64,000 nucleotides of DNA from Octopus sinensis (lineage: Eukaryota), in contig NC_043001.1 in NCBI RefSeq assembly GCF_006345805.1, forward strand, positions 68,696,001-68,760,000, written 5' to 3'. The notes under the pieces are model-generated. The model had not been told where the DNA came from. It searched no databases and worked only from the letters and a program-made list of their open reading frames with translations. Shown in pieces: positions 26,422 through 39,209 of this stretch. Made by a program: the position numbers and the translations under genes. Position 1 is the stretch's first letter. Every line of letters starts with the position of its first letter.

Positions 26422-26825
26422 TGCAGGCGTGGCTGTGTGGTAAGAAACTTGCGTTCCAACCACATGGTTCCGGGTTCAGTCCTACTGTGTAGCACCTTGG
26501 GCATGTGTCTTCTACTCTAGCCTCGGGCCGACCAAAGCCTTGTGACTGGATTTGGTAGACGAAAAATTGAAAGAAGCCCGTTGTACATACATACATACAT
26601 ATATATATGTTTATGTATTTGCGTGTTTGTGTCTGTGTTTGTTCACCCACCATCGATTAACAACCGATGTTGGTGTGTTTACGTCTCCGTAGCATAGCGG
26701 TTCGGCCAAAAGGTCCGACAGAATAAGTACTAGGCTTGCAAAGAATAAGTTCAGGGGGTCGATTTCTCCGACTAAAAAAGGCAGTACAACAATCATAATA
26801 ACTGAAGCAAGTAAAAGAATAAAAA
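26422..26825 (+). mobile_element. tRNA-derived SINE (gcaggagtggctgtgtggtaag family), full length
   Basis: Head gtggctgtgtggtaagaaacttgc..gggttcagtcc, internal microsatellite, tail actgaagcaagtaaaag; several copies in the window. Confidence 0.88.
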
Positions 26826-26899
26826 AAAACATACATATATATACGCCACCCTAAATTTTGTCTTTCTCTTCACCTCCTGTCAATCTTCTACTTTTGTTT

Positions 26900-27345
26900 T
26901 GATTCTGTAATAGACATTTCTTCAGTGCCATAAATTAGACACCACTTCAGTTTCTCTAAACGATAACTATTCTCTGCAAAGAATATTTTTTTAAAACATA
27001 AGAACGCCGGTGATAGTTCAAGAAATATTCCTCTAAAAAATTATGGCCGGACGAGTTGTCTTCCTTTGATTCATAGCTAGGTTTTCCAATGTTGAAGTAA
27101 AAATTTCCGAAAATGTGGGCAACTCCGCACGGCTTCCATCCTGGAGTTCAGGTAGCTTCCTGGCTCATGTGAGTTCATAAGGATTATATATCTTTCTGCT
27201 ACACACAATTTATACAGTATTGTTCCATTGCGATAGGGTCCATAAGTTTACAGTAATTTCCACGGACAGAGCCAAACTGTTCATGAAGGATTAGAAATGA
27301 ATGCCCAGTGGACGGCCGATGTAATACCGAGGCTACAGTGAACTA
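26900..27345 (-). mobile_element. PLE fragment, same family as 30110-30960
   Basis: 26945-27245 aligns in reverse with about 30600-30900; 27311-27340 matches 30332-30360. Confidence 0.7.
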
Positions 27346-27359
27346 CCGCCTTCTATCCT

Positions 27360-28685
27360 TCCTCACACCGATCCCCAACTGCATCCCCTTTCCACTCCTT
27401 TTCCACTCCTCCACCTTCGTCGGAAGTTCCTCCGGGCCTTCCGTCGCCACCAGCTAGATACTATCAACCTCCCTATTTTCTTCAACCTACCCTTGCACTC
27501 CTTCAGATGAATTCCTAACCTACGTGACCTACTAGTCCGTAGTTCTCTCCACACTCCATTCCAGCCCAACCCGGACCCTTCCCTTGCTCAGACCCCATTG
27601 TCATACCTGTCCTTTCATCACCAACACCATCCCTCACTGGATACACTCAGCACACACTCTACATTAGGAACTCCTTTTCCTACACTTCTTCAAGCCTCAT
27701 CTTCTGCATCAGATGCAATCTTTGAAATAAACTTTACATTGATCAGACGGGCTGCCGGCTAGCCGACCGGTTCACTGTACATCTGCGAGACATTCGTCTA
27801 CGTAAGAACTCTCCCATCTCACGTCATTTTCACTTGGTGGACCAATCCACCTCAGATCTCCATCCTCTTCGGCCTTGCCCTGCACCATGGGTCCAACTCT
27901 AGACTCCGCCTAAAAGAGCGTTACATTTCCACTCAGTGTACTCAAATTACTTCCTGACTCAACACACGCCCCTTAAAAAGAAAAACATTTTACTCTATAT
28001 TAAATTTTATTCGTTTATTTCATTATTTTTTTATTATTTTTTATAATTTCTATTTATTTCTGTTCCTGATTTATTCACATAAGCTTTTTCATATTTTTTT
28101 TATTATTACTAATTTTTATTTCTGGTTATTTATTTGTATTATGTTTGATTTTTTATATTCCTATACCACATACCACACACACACACACCCGCGCATACAC
28201 ACACACACCCGCGCATACACACACACACGTCCGCTACACCAAAGCAACAACACACCCCATCTCTCCCCCTCTCCTCTCACGCACGCACAGACATATAAAC
28301 GCACACATACCTCCACACACACAACACACAATTCACATACAAATCAACACATATTCAGGCATGTATATATATTTCCACACACACGCTCATACGCACTTAG
28401 ACACGTACATACACACATACGCACGTTACCACACACACACATACCGACTAGCTTCATACTCTCTTGTCTCAGAAATCACATTCTCCTCCTCCTTCTACTT
28501 CTGGTCACTTCAAAAATGTAACCACGCGTGGACTGTTGGCGATGTTTTTCCTCCTTTCTTCTTTCCCTTTCGACTTTCCTGTCTTTCCTGTTTCCGAAGA
28601 GGAGATGCGGTCGAAACGTAAAACAACTACTCCCTTCCTTCTCCTTATGCACACAGACACAAACACACACACACACACACAAACA
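27360..28685 (+). mobile_element. Degenerate PLE (linker CxxC + GIY-YIG, then pLTR with HHR)
   Basis: CHTCPFIT..SSSLIFCIRC..LYIDQTGCRLADRFTVHLRDIR..PISRHF. Confidence 0.8.
28590..28624 (+). ncRNA. Minimal hammerhead, U4C core variant
   Basis: gttt-CCGAAGA-ggagatgcggtc-GAAAC-GTA-aaac; a damaged mirror copy lies at 28774-28805. Confidence 0.6.
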
Positions 28686-28853
28686 TAATATGTGTGTGCG
28701 TGCGTGTGCGTATGTGTGTGTGTTTGTGTGTGTGTCTGTATCTTTGCGCATAAGGAGAAGGAAGGGAGTAGCTGTTTTACGTCTCGAGCACATCTCTTCG
28801 GAAACAGGAAAGACAGGAAAGTATAAAGGAAAAGAAGACAGAACGGAATACCT

Positions 28854-29043
28854 ATTTCTTTACTACCCACAAGGGGCTAAACACAGAGAGGACAAACAAG
28901 GACAGACAAACGGATTAAGTCGATTATATCGATCCCAGTGCGTAACTGGTACTTAATTTATCCACCCCGAGGGATGAAAGGCAGACGAAATACGGCTACG
29001 CATTTCGCCCGGCGTGCTAACGTTTCTGCCAGCTCGCCGCCTT
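28854..29043 (-). mobile_element. SINE with a 17-bp TSD, inserted in a PLE endonuclease
   Basis: gacagaacggaatacct at 28837-28853 and 29044-29060. Confidence 0.9.
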
Positions 29044-30015
29044 GACAGAACGGAATACCTCCGAGACATCTGACTTGGCAACGACACCCCGGTCTCCCGC
29101 CATTTCCGCTCTACCGGTTACTCTTTGCAACACCTGTCCGTGTTCAGATTGCCCTTCAACAGGGGCCCTCCGGACTCCCGTTTGCGCCGTGAACAGGTAT
29201 TAATCTTTTCTCTTCGCTACTTTGAGCCACATGGGCTCAACTCTCCTCCCTCACCTCTCTCTCCCCCTCACATCTACTTCCTCCCACCCACATCTCCTCT
29301 CTTGCTCCGACTCCTACTTCTTCTCTTCACTTCTACTCTCCTTCTCTTCACTCCTACCCACCTTTCCTTCATCGTCATCCCTTCATCGTAACCCCACCAT
29401 CCCTATACTTTCATTCCCACCCCACCCCACCCCATCCCTTACAATCACTGCCATATACCTCACCTCTACCCCCACTCTCATCCTAACCCACATCCACCCT
29501 TACTTTCCCCACTCTCACCTCGCCCACCTAAAAGCACCATGACACCAAACCACATACCACACCACACACGACTACACCATACACACGATACACACCATAC
29601 CACACAACACATCACATCACACCACCACGCACACACTAGCACTGACCATTTCCCAGCCCCACATCTTCACACATACACATACGCTCACGCCCACGTCAAG
29701 GTCACCAGCCCTCTTCCACACGCACATACATACTCTCTTATACAAAACGCACGTGCACCTTAGTTTTGGGATCACTACTACTTTATTATCTTCCCTTCTT
29801 CCTAGCTCTGCTTCTGTTCGGCATTCGCTATGACGGATCGCTAGCCACTACGCATTCTTTATTTTCTCTCCTTGTTTCTTTCTGTGTTCATTTCTGTGGA
29901 AGAGCGTAGGCTGGAAACGTTAAAGCCTTTTTCACTTCCTGAGAGTTAAACTAATAAATCTGTTTGTTCTCTACACCACCTTCCTGCGTATTTTTTATTT
30001 TTTGTGAATTTCCCC
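29044..30015 (+). mobile_element. 5'-truncated PLE (EN tail + 3' UTR/pLTR)
   Basis: LRDI..DTPVSRHF..HLSVF..RLRREQVLIFSL..PHGLN; HHR-like motif at 29891-29924. Confidence 0.8.
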
Positions 30016-30026
30016 TATATATATAT

Positions 30027-30091
<65 letters not shown>

Positions 30092-30109
30092 TATATATAT
30101 ATATATATA

Positions 30110-30960
30110 TATCTTCGTTACAATATCATAAGTTAAGAGCATACCCTACAAAATATAGAGTAGTTTTATTTGTGTATGAGTATAGAAAGAAACCATTGGT
30201 TTCATATCTAATGTGAACTAGACATTTCTTCAGTTTCTCTAAAGAGTAACCGTTCTCTGCAGGGAATGTTTGCTTTAAAATACAAGACAGCCGGTGAGAG
30301 TTCAAGAAATAATTCTCTTTAAAAATATAGCCGGCCGATGTAACATTGAGGCTACAGTATACCAAGCAAAGATAACCTCAAACGGAAGCAGTACAAACAT
30401 CAATAACATCAATGCCAAAACAGGGACACAAACTGAAATTTATGTCGGATCCTGTGAATCTAGATTTAAAATTCGTCTGAACAAATGCATATCTTCTTTC
30501 AGAGTCGCGCAAAGGCGCAACACAACACTTGAAGCATACGTATGGCGCCTAAAGGACGATCATATATCCCTTAACATCAAGTAGAAATTATTGAAAGCTT
30601 GTGGACCCTCTCGTAACGGAACAAGAGTGTGTAAATTGTGTTCGGTAAAAAGATCTATAATTCTCATGAATTCATATGAGCCAGGAGGCTACCTTAACTC
30701 CAGCTCGGAAGTCGTGGGGAGTTGTCCACATTTTCGGAAATTCTTACTTCAAAATTGGAAAATCTAGCCATGAATCGAAGGAAGACAACTCGACCGGTGA
30801 TATTTTTAAGGATGATTATTTCTTGAACTATCATCGGCGTTCTTGTGTTTTAAAAAAACATTCTTTGCAAAGAACGGTTACTGTTTAGAGAAACTGAAGA
30901 GATTCACGCTAGATATGAAACCAATGGGGTTTTATCTAAACTTACGTTACACATACGCAG
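30110..30960 (+). mobile_element. Compact PLE remnant: GIY-YIG (30330-30770) between inverted pLTRs (30190-30338 / 30790-30932)
   Basis: GRCNIEATVYQAKI..IYVGSCESRFKIR..VWRLK..CKLC..YLN..CPH; inverted arms; HHR-like motif at 30186-30239 (-). Confidence 0.85.
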
Positions 30961-31014
<54 letters not shown>

Positions 31015-31257
31015 GATATATATATATATATATATATATATAGATATATATATATATATATATAAATTATATAATTAGGGCTTAGTAAAATAAATTACTT
31101 TGCCACATACTGAACTTAGTAGAAATAGCAGCCAAAAAAAAAAATTTTTTAGCCATTTCTACTACTTAAAGAAAATTTCTCTCAGATAATGTGTTACTCC
31201 AGACAGCTCCGAAGGTTTGGAGGTAAATACAGAAAAATATCACAAGTACATAGATCG

Positions 31258-31319
31258 TTTGAGTACGTCAACGTTTCAAGATTAGCCAAATAAAATCAGC
31301 ATTTTTTCGTCAGCTCAAA
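31258..31319 (-). ncRNA. Type I hammerhead ribozyme (mirror of 31949-32011)
   Basis: tttgag-CTGACGA...GAAA-cgttgacg-TA-ctcaaa on the minus strand. Confidence 0.8.
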
Positions 31320-31948
31320 ATTTCTTAATTGGATTGGAAACACTAAAAAGAAGGAACTTTACCTATCGGCGAAACTTGTCGCTTCAAATGAACCAGCTCC
31401 AACTGCCAGTGCCAACAAATTCAAAATGCGCAGGCGTAAATTGCTGCACTCCTTTTCCACCCACGTGCGTCTATCTAGCAAACATTATATTTTAACCGCG
31501 AGAACCGAGGCAGTATGACAGAGAGAAATGAATATAATATCAACAATTGAGGGTAAAATTAATTAATCACTTTCACCAAGTGTTCAGTATGTAAAAGGAC
31601 CATTTAAGGCGAATTCAAAATATTACATTATATAATTAGGGCTTAGTAAAATAAATTACTTTGCCACATACTGAACTTAGTAGAAATAGCAGTCAAAAAA
31701 AATTTTTTTAGCCATTTCTACTAATTGTTGATATTATAATTCATTTCTCTCTGTCATACTGCCTCGGTTCTCGCGGTTAAAATATAATGTTTGCTAGATA
31801 GACCACGTGGGTGGAAAAGGAGTGCAGAAATTTACGCCTGCGCATTTTGAATTTGTTGGCACTGGTAGTTGGAGCTGGTTCATTTGAAGCGACAAGTTCG
31901 CCGATAGGTAAAGTCCTTCTTTTAGTGTTCCAAATCCAAATTAAGAAA

Positions 31949-32011
31949 TTTGAGCTGACGAAAGAAATGCTGATTTTATTTGGCTAATCTTGAAACGTTG
32001 ACGTACTCAAA
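31949..32011 (+). ncRNA. Type I hammerhead ribozyme
   Basis: tttgag-CTGACGA-aaga..gctga..ttggc..tctt-GAAA-cg ttga cg-TA-ctcaaa. Confidence 0.87.
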
Positions 32012-32305
32012 CGATCTATGTACTTGTGATTTTTTTCTGTATTTACCTCCAAACCTTCGTGAGCTGTCTAAGTAAACATATCTGAGAGAAATTTCTCTTT
32101 AAGTAGTAGAAATGGCTAAAAAAATTTTTGGGGCTGCTATTTCTACTAAGTTCAGTATGTAGAAAGTAATTTATTTTACTAAGCCCTAATTATATAATGT
32201 AATATTTTGAATTCGCCTTAAATGGTTCGTTTTACATACTGAACACTTGGTGAAATTGATTAATTAATTTTACCCTCAATTGTTGATATATATATTATAT
32301 ATAAT

Positions 32306-32337
<32 letters not shown>

Positions 32338-32449
32338 ATATATATATATAATATATATATATATATAATATATATATATTTATATATATATATATAATGT
32401 GATGTATATATATAATATATATAATATATATATATATAATAATATTATT

Positions 32450-32860
32450 ATATTAGAGACAAAACCACTATTATGCAAATCAAACAAAGAAAGACTTAAA
32501 TTAATTTATATTATTTAGAAATTTAACAATCATTAAAATCCACTACGATCGTTTCATGTCTTCTTTTTTCACATAAAACTCGTCAAGAATATTTTGAAAC
32601 CACCTGAAGAATGTCTACTACTCAAAGATGTGATAAAAGAAGACATGAAACGATCGAAGTGGATTTTAATAATTGTTAAATTTCTAAATAATATAAATTA
32701 ATTCATGTATTGGCTTAAGTCTTTCTTTGTTTGATTTGCATAATTGTGGTTTTGTCTCTAATATAATATAATATAATATTTTACTATAAAATTGGATTCA
32801 ATCCTAAATCTGATTTTTCCCTGAAGTTTGGATTTATTCCCTAATATTTATTTTTAATAA
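32450..32860 (+). mobile_element. Miniature fold-back element, relative of 8610-10345, with HHR at 32600-32662
   Basis: Arms about 32450-32575 / 32628-32765. Motif ccac-CTGAAGA-atgtct..agacat-GAAAc gatc gAA-gtgg has a mutated cleavage U; the other arm keeps GTA. Confidence 0.8.
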
Positions 32861-32870
32861 TTATATATAT

Positions 32871-32944
<74 letters not shown>

Positions 32945-33037
32945 GTATGGTATATGTGTCTTTGAGAGGAATTTGTCCCCCGCAGCAATTTAGTATTACT
33001 AAATTGAATTTTCCCTGTAAGTTTGGAATCATATTCC

Positions 33038-33070
<33 letters not shown>

Positions 33071-33508
33071 GTGGTTAGCCATATTTAGATGACAAAAATA
33101 CTTCACATTGTCGTGCAGTAACTGTCTATACCTCATTCCGAGATTTATTATTGCTTGTTTACACTTTTTGAAGATCAGTGACGAAAAGTCACTGGAAAAA
33201 GTATATAGGTATTTGCATTGGGAAACTTCCATCGAAAACCAGTGATTGTCGTTCGCTGATGACGGGTCAATGCCCAGAAACAGCAGTCAGTGCGTATCAC
33301 GTAGGTTGACAAGGGAAGGATGACCTCCCTTTGCAAATACCGATAGGGCACAGAAAGTGTGTCAATAGACAGCTGGAGAAGATGTTCTCCTGGGTCTACA
33401 AGCTACAGTAACATACACCCTTAGTGTTTAGCCATATTTAGATGGCAAATATACTTCACATTGTCGTGCAGTTCCTGTCTATACCTCGTTCAGAGATTTA
33501 TTATTGCT
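33071..33508 (+). mobile_element. 353-bp monomer with about 85-bp terminal redundancy and a degenerate HHR (33251-33292)
   Basis: ttagccatatttagatg..ttattgct starts at 33075 and 33428; CTGATGA cggg..ccca GAAAC agca GTC. Confidence 0.72.
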
Positions 33509-34449
33509 ATATATATATATATATATATATACGACGGGGTTCCTTCGGTTTCCATCTGCCAAATTCACTCAGTAGGCTTAGCAGAAGCCACTTGACCAAC
33601 CAAGGTGTTATGCAGTACGATTGACCCGTTCTCGTGCGGTAGGGAAGCGAACGTCTTACCACACAGCCACCCTTGTGTCTGCTGTACATGACTTGAGGAA
33701 GGGTCAGATCTATAAAGACTATTTACGTCTATTTGATGATGTTAAGATGTATGGAAACGTTTAATGTAAAGTACAAAAAAACGACTCATATTCCATTCAA
33801 TGTTGAAAATTTAGAATGCTATATATAAGCAGTTGAATTAGAAATAACTGCGAAGAAAAGATGATACCTGCTCAACACCTTAATTCAGGAGAGTTGAACA
33901 TCACTCTTTTAAAACGCTGACTAACAATCTACTGAGTTTTTAAACTGTGCTTGACAGTCAGGGACATTTGTCCGCCGCTGTATCAAACCATGAATCATCA
34001 AATTATGGAAGAGATTAATAATTGATGTGAACTACAACCATAGACAATAAATTAATACGCCACAGATATTTGCAAGGTTCATAGTTTTAATAATGACCGA
34101 CAAAATATTTTTAATTAGGGAATGAGATTGGAAAGCGGATTAACTGTCATGAAATGAGAATCGGAAAGATAATTTTGTGAAATTTCCAAGCCAAACGAGC
34201 AAAGAACATTTGCTGTGTTGGGCTTGAAGCTCATTGAGAATTGTTCACGTAGTTAATTTCAAGTTATAAAGCATGCTGAATAGAGCCCATGGGATTAATT
34301 AAATTAAAATTCAAGTTACGCGAAGAAAACTAAAGTGATTCATAGGACAATGGTAAAAGTTAGAGGAATATGAAACAAAAATAATTACAGATGTGCGTGT
34401 ATGTTTGTGAATATTTATTTATGTCGTATGTGTTCATGTATGTATGATG

Positions 34450-34522
<73 letters not shown>

Positions 34523-36170
34523 ATATACATACATACATACATACATACATACATACATACATACATACATACACAAATTCTATATATATACTTTAGGTAG
34601 ATAGAAAATCTGTGGGCACCATGTAAATTCTGAATAATTTATGCAGAAATTCTCACCCTAATCCAAACGACGGAATTTCAAGAACATAACAAATAAAAGA
34701 AAGAAAAATACTAAAAATATAAAATAAGAAATTAGACCTCATTCTTGGAATTCATATTTCAACAAACAATTACTGTGGAATAATACCATAGTTCAGGTCG
34801 TCTATTCGGAAGATTTTATCAACTATACCCTCGCGAATATGTTTGGTCATTTGCTATTGTTAAAATAATAATTAGAGTGACGTACATCTAATCAAAAGCT
34901 GCTAGTAATCAGTCAGTTTCCGGATGATAAACTGCAAAGCTTCGGACTAATTGCATAGACTTCTTTGTTTGCATTTTGTTAGTGGCTTTGAAAAGAATAC
35001 CCAAGGTGTATCGTTTGCAGAGACAGTGTCAACTCCGTTGCAAATTTCGGTCTTGATTTGACACAGTGAATAACAAATCAACATACCAAGCAAACAATGA
35101 ATGGATCGATACGATTGACCAACCTCCTTGATATAGCAACGCAATATTCCTTAGATCATGAGCTCCATCTTAAAATTATATGGAGATCTTAGATATTCTT
35201 GTCTTCTCTACGGCCCCTAAATTGACGTCGGGATTACGGACAAAATGCTGTAACCAACTCTTACGTGATTTTTAGAGGCTCGGGATACTTTTCCCAGCTA
35301 AATCAGGTCAAATCTTGGGTGAAACAACAATAATAACAAAAACAACCACCTTAGAATAATAACAACAATGATAAACACACAGCAGCATGTAATGTTAGTT
35401 CTGCTAGAAATTCAACCATCTTAAAAAAAAACTAAAGATAAGCTGGATAATGTAATAAAACATACGTTATATGAAAAACGTTCCTGACATACACAATTGA
35501 AATGCCACTCGCCTAGGATTACAGAACAACAACTAAAGCATCAACATATCAAATAAAGATGAGTAGAAAAAAGTTCTGAAATGTAATCAAAATATATATT
35601 ACATATGTTCGTTTACATTATCTATTTAGCGGAATTGAGATATTATTTGCAATATACATACCTTTTTAAAAGCTACTAAGTTTTGGAAGTTAACTGATTA
35701 TGATTAACAATAACGTGGCTACCTCAGAGGAAGCTTGCTACCTACTAAAACAAAAATAGGGTTTCATTGATGTGATACGATGTGAGGAAAAAATGTTCAG
35801 CTGAAACTGTACAGTAATTAACAGACATATATTCCTCCTTGGAGCTGTTAGAAACTTAAAGCTAAAAATCAAGATAAGTCAATTAATATCAGCTGATTGA
35901 AGTATTTTCTAAATATACACGATGTTTATGTAAATCCCAAAGGATCAAAAGGATAGACGTTTCGATATATTTAGTCTTGTCAGCGATACAATTTCTACTC
36001 AATTTTAAAGTATAAGTGTGTGTGCCTGTGTGCGTATATCATCAATGTGTGTGTTATGTATGTATGTGTGTCATGTATGTGTGCGTCTTGTATGTGTGTG
36101 TGTCTTGTATGTGTGTGTCTTGTACGTGTGTGTAATGTATGTGTATATATATATCTATCTATCTATCTAA

Positions 36171-36252
<82 letters not shown>

Positions 36253-36319
36253 GTACATGCATTCATATATATGTGCGTTTGTGCATGTGTATGTGTGTGT
36301 GTGTTAATCTTTTATTTTG

Positions 36320-36945
36320 TACTTGTTTCCTTTGTTAGACTCTGGCCATGCTGGGTACTCTCTTGAAGAGTTTAGTCAAACAAATCGACCACACTATTTA
36401 TTTCTTTTAATCTGATACTACATTCTATCGGCCACTTGTGCCGATCCCTTAAGTTACAAGAACGCAAACAAATCAACTGCGCTTTTCAAGGAGTATGGAA
36501 GACAGATTCAAACACAAAGTCATACTGACACAAATACATACATGCATATGTACATACATAATACATACATACATACATACATACACACATACATACATAC
36601 ATACATACATACATACATACATACATACATACATACATACATACATACATACATACATACATACATACATACATACATACATACATACATACATACATAC
36701 ATACATACATACATGCATACATACATACATACATACATACATACATACAGACATGCATACATACATACATAAGCATATAAGCATACGGTGGGCTTCTGCA
36801 TATTTTCCGTCTATCAAATTCACTCATAAAGAATTGGTCGACCTGAGACACAAAAGAAGGCACTTACACAAAGTACCATGCATTGTAACCGAAACTGAAA
36901 CCATGTGGCTGCAAAGTGAGCATTTTCCCTACACAGCCATGTCTG
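36320..36945 (-). mobile_element. Degenerate SINE with an expanded (TACA)n core
   Basis: The head and tail match the 26422 family in reverse. Confidence 0.7.
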
Positions 36946-37113
36946 CGACTATATTATAACAAATGTTAATAGTCTAATCTGCGTTTCACACTAGGTTTAC
37001 TCAATTTAAGCTCACATTGTCAATATTTGATATAAAAGACATAGTTATCCACTCTAACCATCGTATTATCTTCAATGTCAGATATTCAACTTTCCTGCGT
37101 TCCCTATTTTTCT

Positions 37114-37232
37114 GTGAATACTGAAGAGGTGCAATATTACCGAAACACATGCTACATTTATCAGTTAATTTCTGAAATTAACTGATAAATGTAGCATGTG
37201 TTTCGGTAATATTGCACCTCTTCAGTATTCAC
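37114..37232. repeat. Perfect palindrome, 59-bp arms with a 1-nt spacer, each arm with an HHR-like core
   Basis: gtgaatactgaagaggt...atttc T gaaat...acctcttcagtattcac. Confidence 0.92.
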
Positions 37233-37861
37233 TTTCCTGCTTTCAACCTGTGTATAATTTGAATTGAAGATTTCCTGTCGCTGGACGTATTTAGTATCTA
37301 TTTTTAGCATATAGGTATAGTAGCTTCTGTGCCCTTAAGTATAATTGTATCCTATTCAATTATATATCTCTATGAATGTATTTTACCACCAAGCTTATTT
37401 TTTTATATGCTAGATACTGATACAATTCACTAATTTCAATAATTTTATGCTTTAATTATATTTAAATGTATCCCATTTACGTCGGGACAGTTTATTTACT
37501 TCTGTACTATTCTGAGTGAATATACACCTGTTGAGTTGGACTACAAAATTCGATGCGTATATATTTGAGAATATTTGTATGTACTCGCACTTTGTGCGTG
37601 CTTTTCCGTGGATATATATAACTATTTTCATTTATTTCACTCACTATGTTCTGCTGATGAAGGAAAAGTTATTAAACTAATCCAGATATTGGTCAATCCC
37701 AAACTATCTGAATTATTTTATTAATTTGTGGTCAGTTCACTTTCCCACTTTAAATCTATGTATAATGTGAAGACTTGCAGTGACTGGACGTATTTGGCGT
37801 CTATTTTCAGCATATAGGAATGGTAGCTTCTATACCCTTCAGTATAATTTTATACTATACG

Positions 37862-37862
<1 letters not shown>
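37228..37862 (+). mobile_element. About 508-bp monomer with about 125-bp diverged terminal redundancy and a decayed HHR (37651-37697)
   Basis: ttcactttcc..ctggacgtattt..gcatatagg..cagtataatt starts at 37228 and 37736. Confidence 0.65.
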
Positions 37863-37932
<70 letters not shown>

Positions 37933-37935
37933 AAT

Positions 37936-38000
<65 letters not shown>

Positions 38001-38031
38001 TATATACATACATAATACATACATACATACA

Positions 38032-38094
<63 letters not shown>

Positions 38095-39172
38095 TCGTTT
38101 TGCAAGATTATTGATGTGAAATCGCGTGTTCAAACAGATATTATTGTATTTGGGGATCGTCAGATGGTCATGTTACCAATTTAGCCAATAAAACACACGC
38201 ACTATATATTTGGTGTTAATTTCCTTCGGCTTTATTTTATTCTATATATTCATTTATTCATTTAAAATTTTTTTTATCATTTACATTAATCGTATTTCGG
38301 TCGAAATACGATTAATGTAAAAAATGAAATAAAGCTGAAGCAAGTGAACAGCAAATATATAGTGCATGTGTTTTTATTGGCTAAACTGCCAACATGACTA
38401 TCCCCAAATACAACAATATATAAATATATATATATAATATATATACATATGTTTACATATACATGAACATATGAACGCATTCATACACATATATATAGGT
38501 GCACATGCACATATCTGTGTGTGTGTGTGTGTGTGTGTGCGTGCTTGTGAGTGCGTGCATGTATGCAAGTTTGATTCGCCTACGTGTGTGTGTATGTATG
38601 TATGTATGTATGTATATATATATATATTATATCTATCTGTCTATTTATCTCTCTATCTGTCTGACTGCCTGCCTGTCTGTCTGTCTGTATGCATGCATGT
38701 ATGTATCTGGATTGCTGAAGGAGTGGGAATATAAACGCTGTTTATATTTCTGGACAGTATCAGTTGTTCCAGCGGTACAGTAATAACATATTTCCAAAAT
38801 ATTATTCACTATTATTTTATAAATGTTTTACAATTGCAAACTTGTATTCTTTATTGTTTTCACGATAACATATTCTATAAACGCACCTCTCTCCTCAATC
38901 GTTATTAAGTAACGTCTTGCTCCTAAACTTCGAAGTTTTGCTCTGAAATCGAAACACTTTTTCGTAAAGTTTTTGGTTTTAATACTTAACTGCCTTTTCT
39001 TTTTCATTGGATATATTGGTGCTAAAACTGAATAAATGGCTTTCCTTATATAAACGGGCTGCCCGTTGCAATTTACCGAGAACCTATAATTCTTTGAAGC
39101 GTATGCTTACTCGTGGATTACATACTTACGTTTATTCAACATAGAATGATACATACATGAACCACACCCATA

Positions 39173-39209
<37 letters not shown>

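Larger units (their letters stand above)
31066..32289. mobile_element. Non-coding HHR-bearing element of about 560-bp monomers (1.17 copies on minus, 1.02 copies on plus), retrozyme/pLTR-like
   Basis: Direct repeat at 31066/31627; inversion at 31723; the plus arm begins and ends with aattgttgatat. Confidence 0.85.

Noticed and set aside
34940-35200. Coding-looking unique stretch on minus
   Set aside because: Stops or frameshifts in all frames and no motif I can name confidently; needs tblastx.
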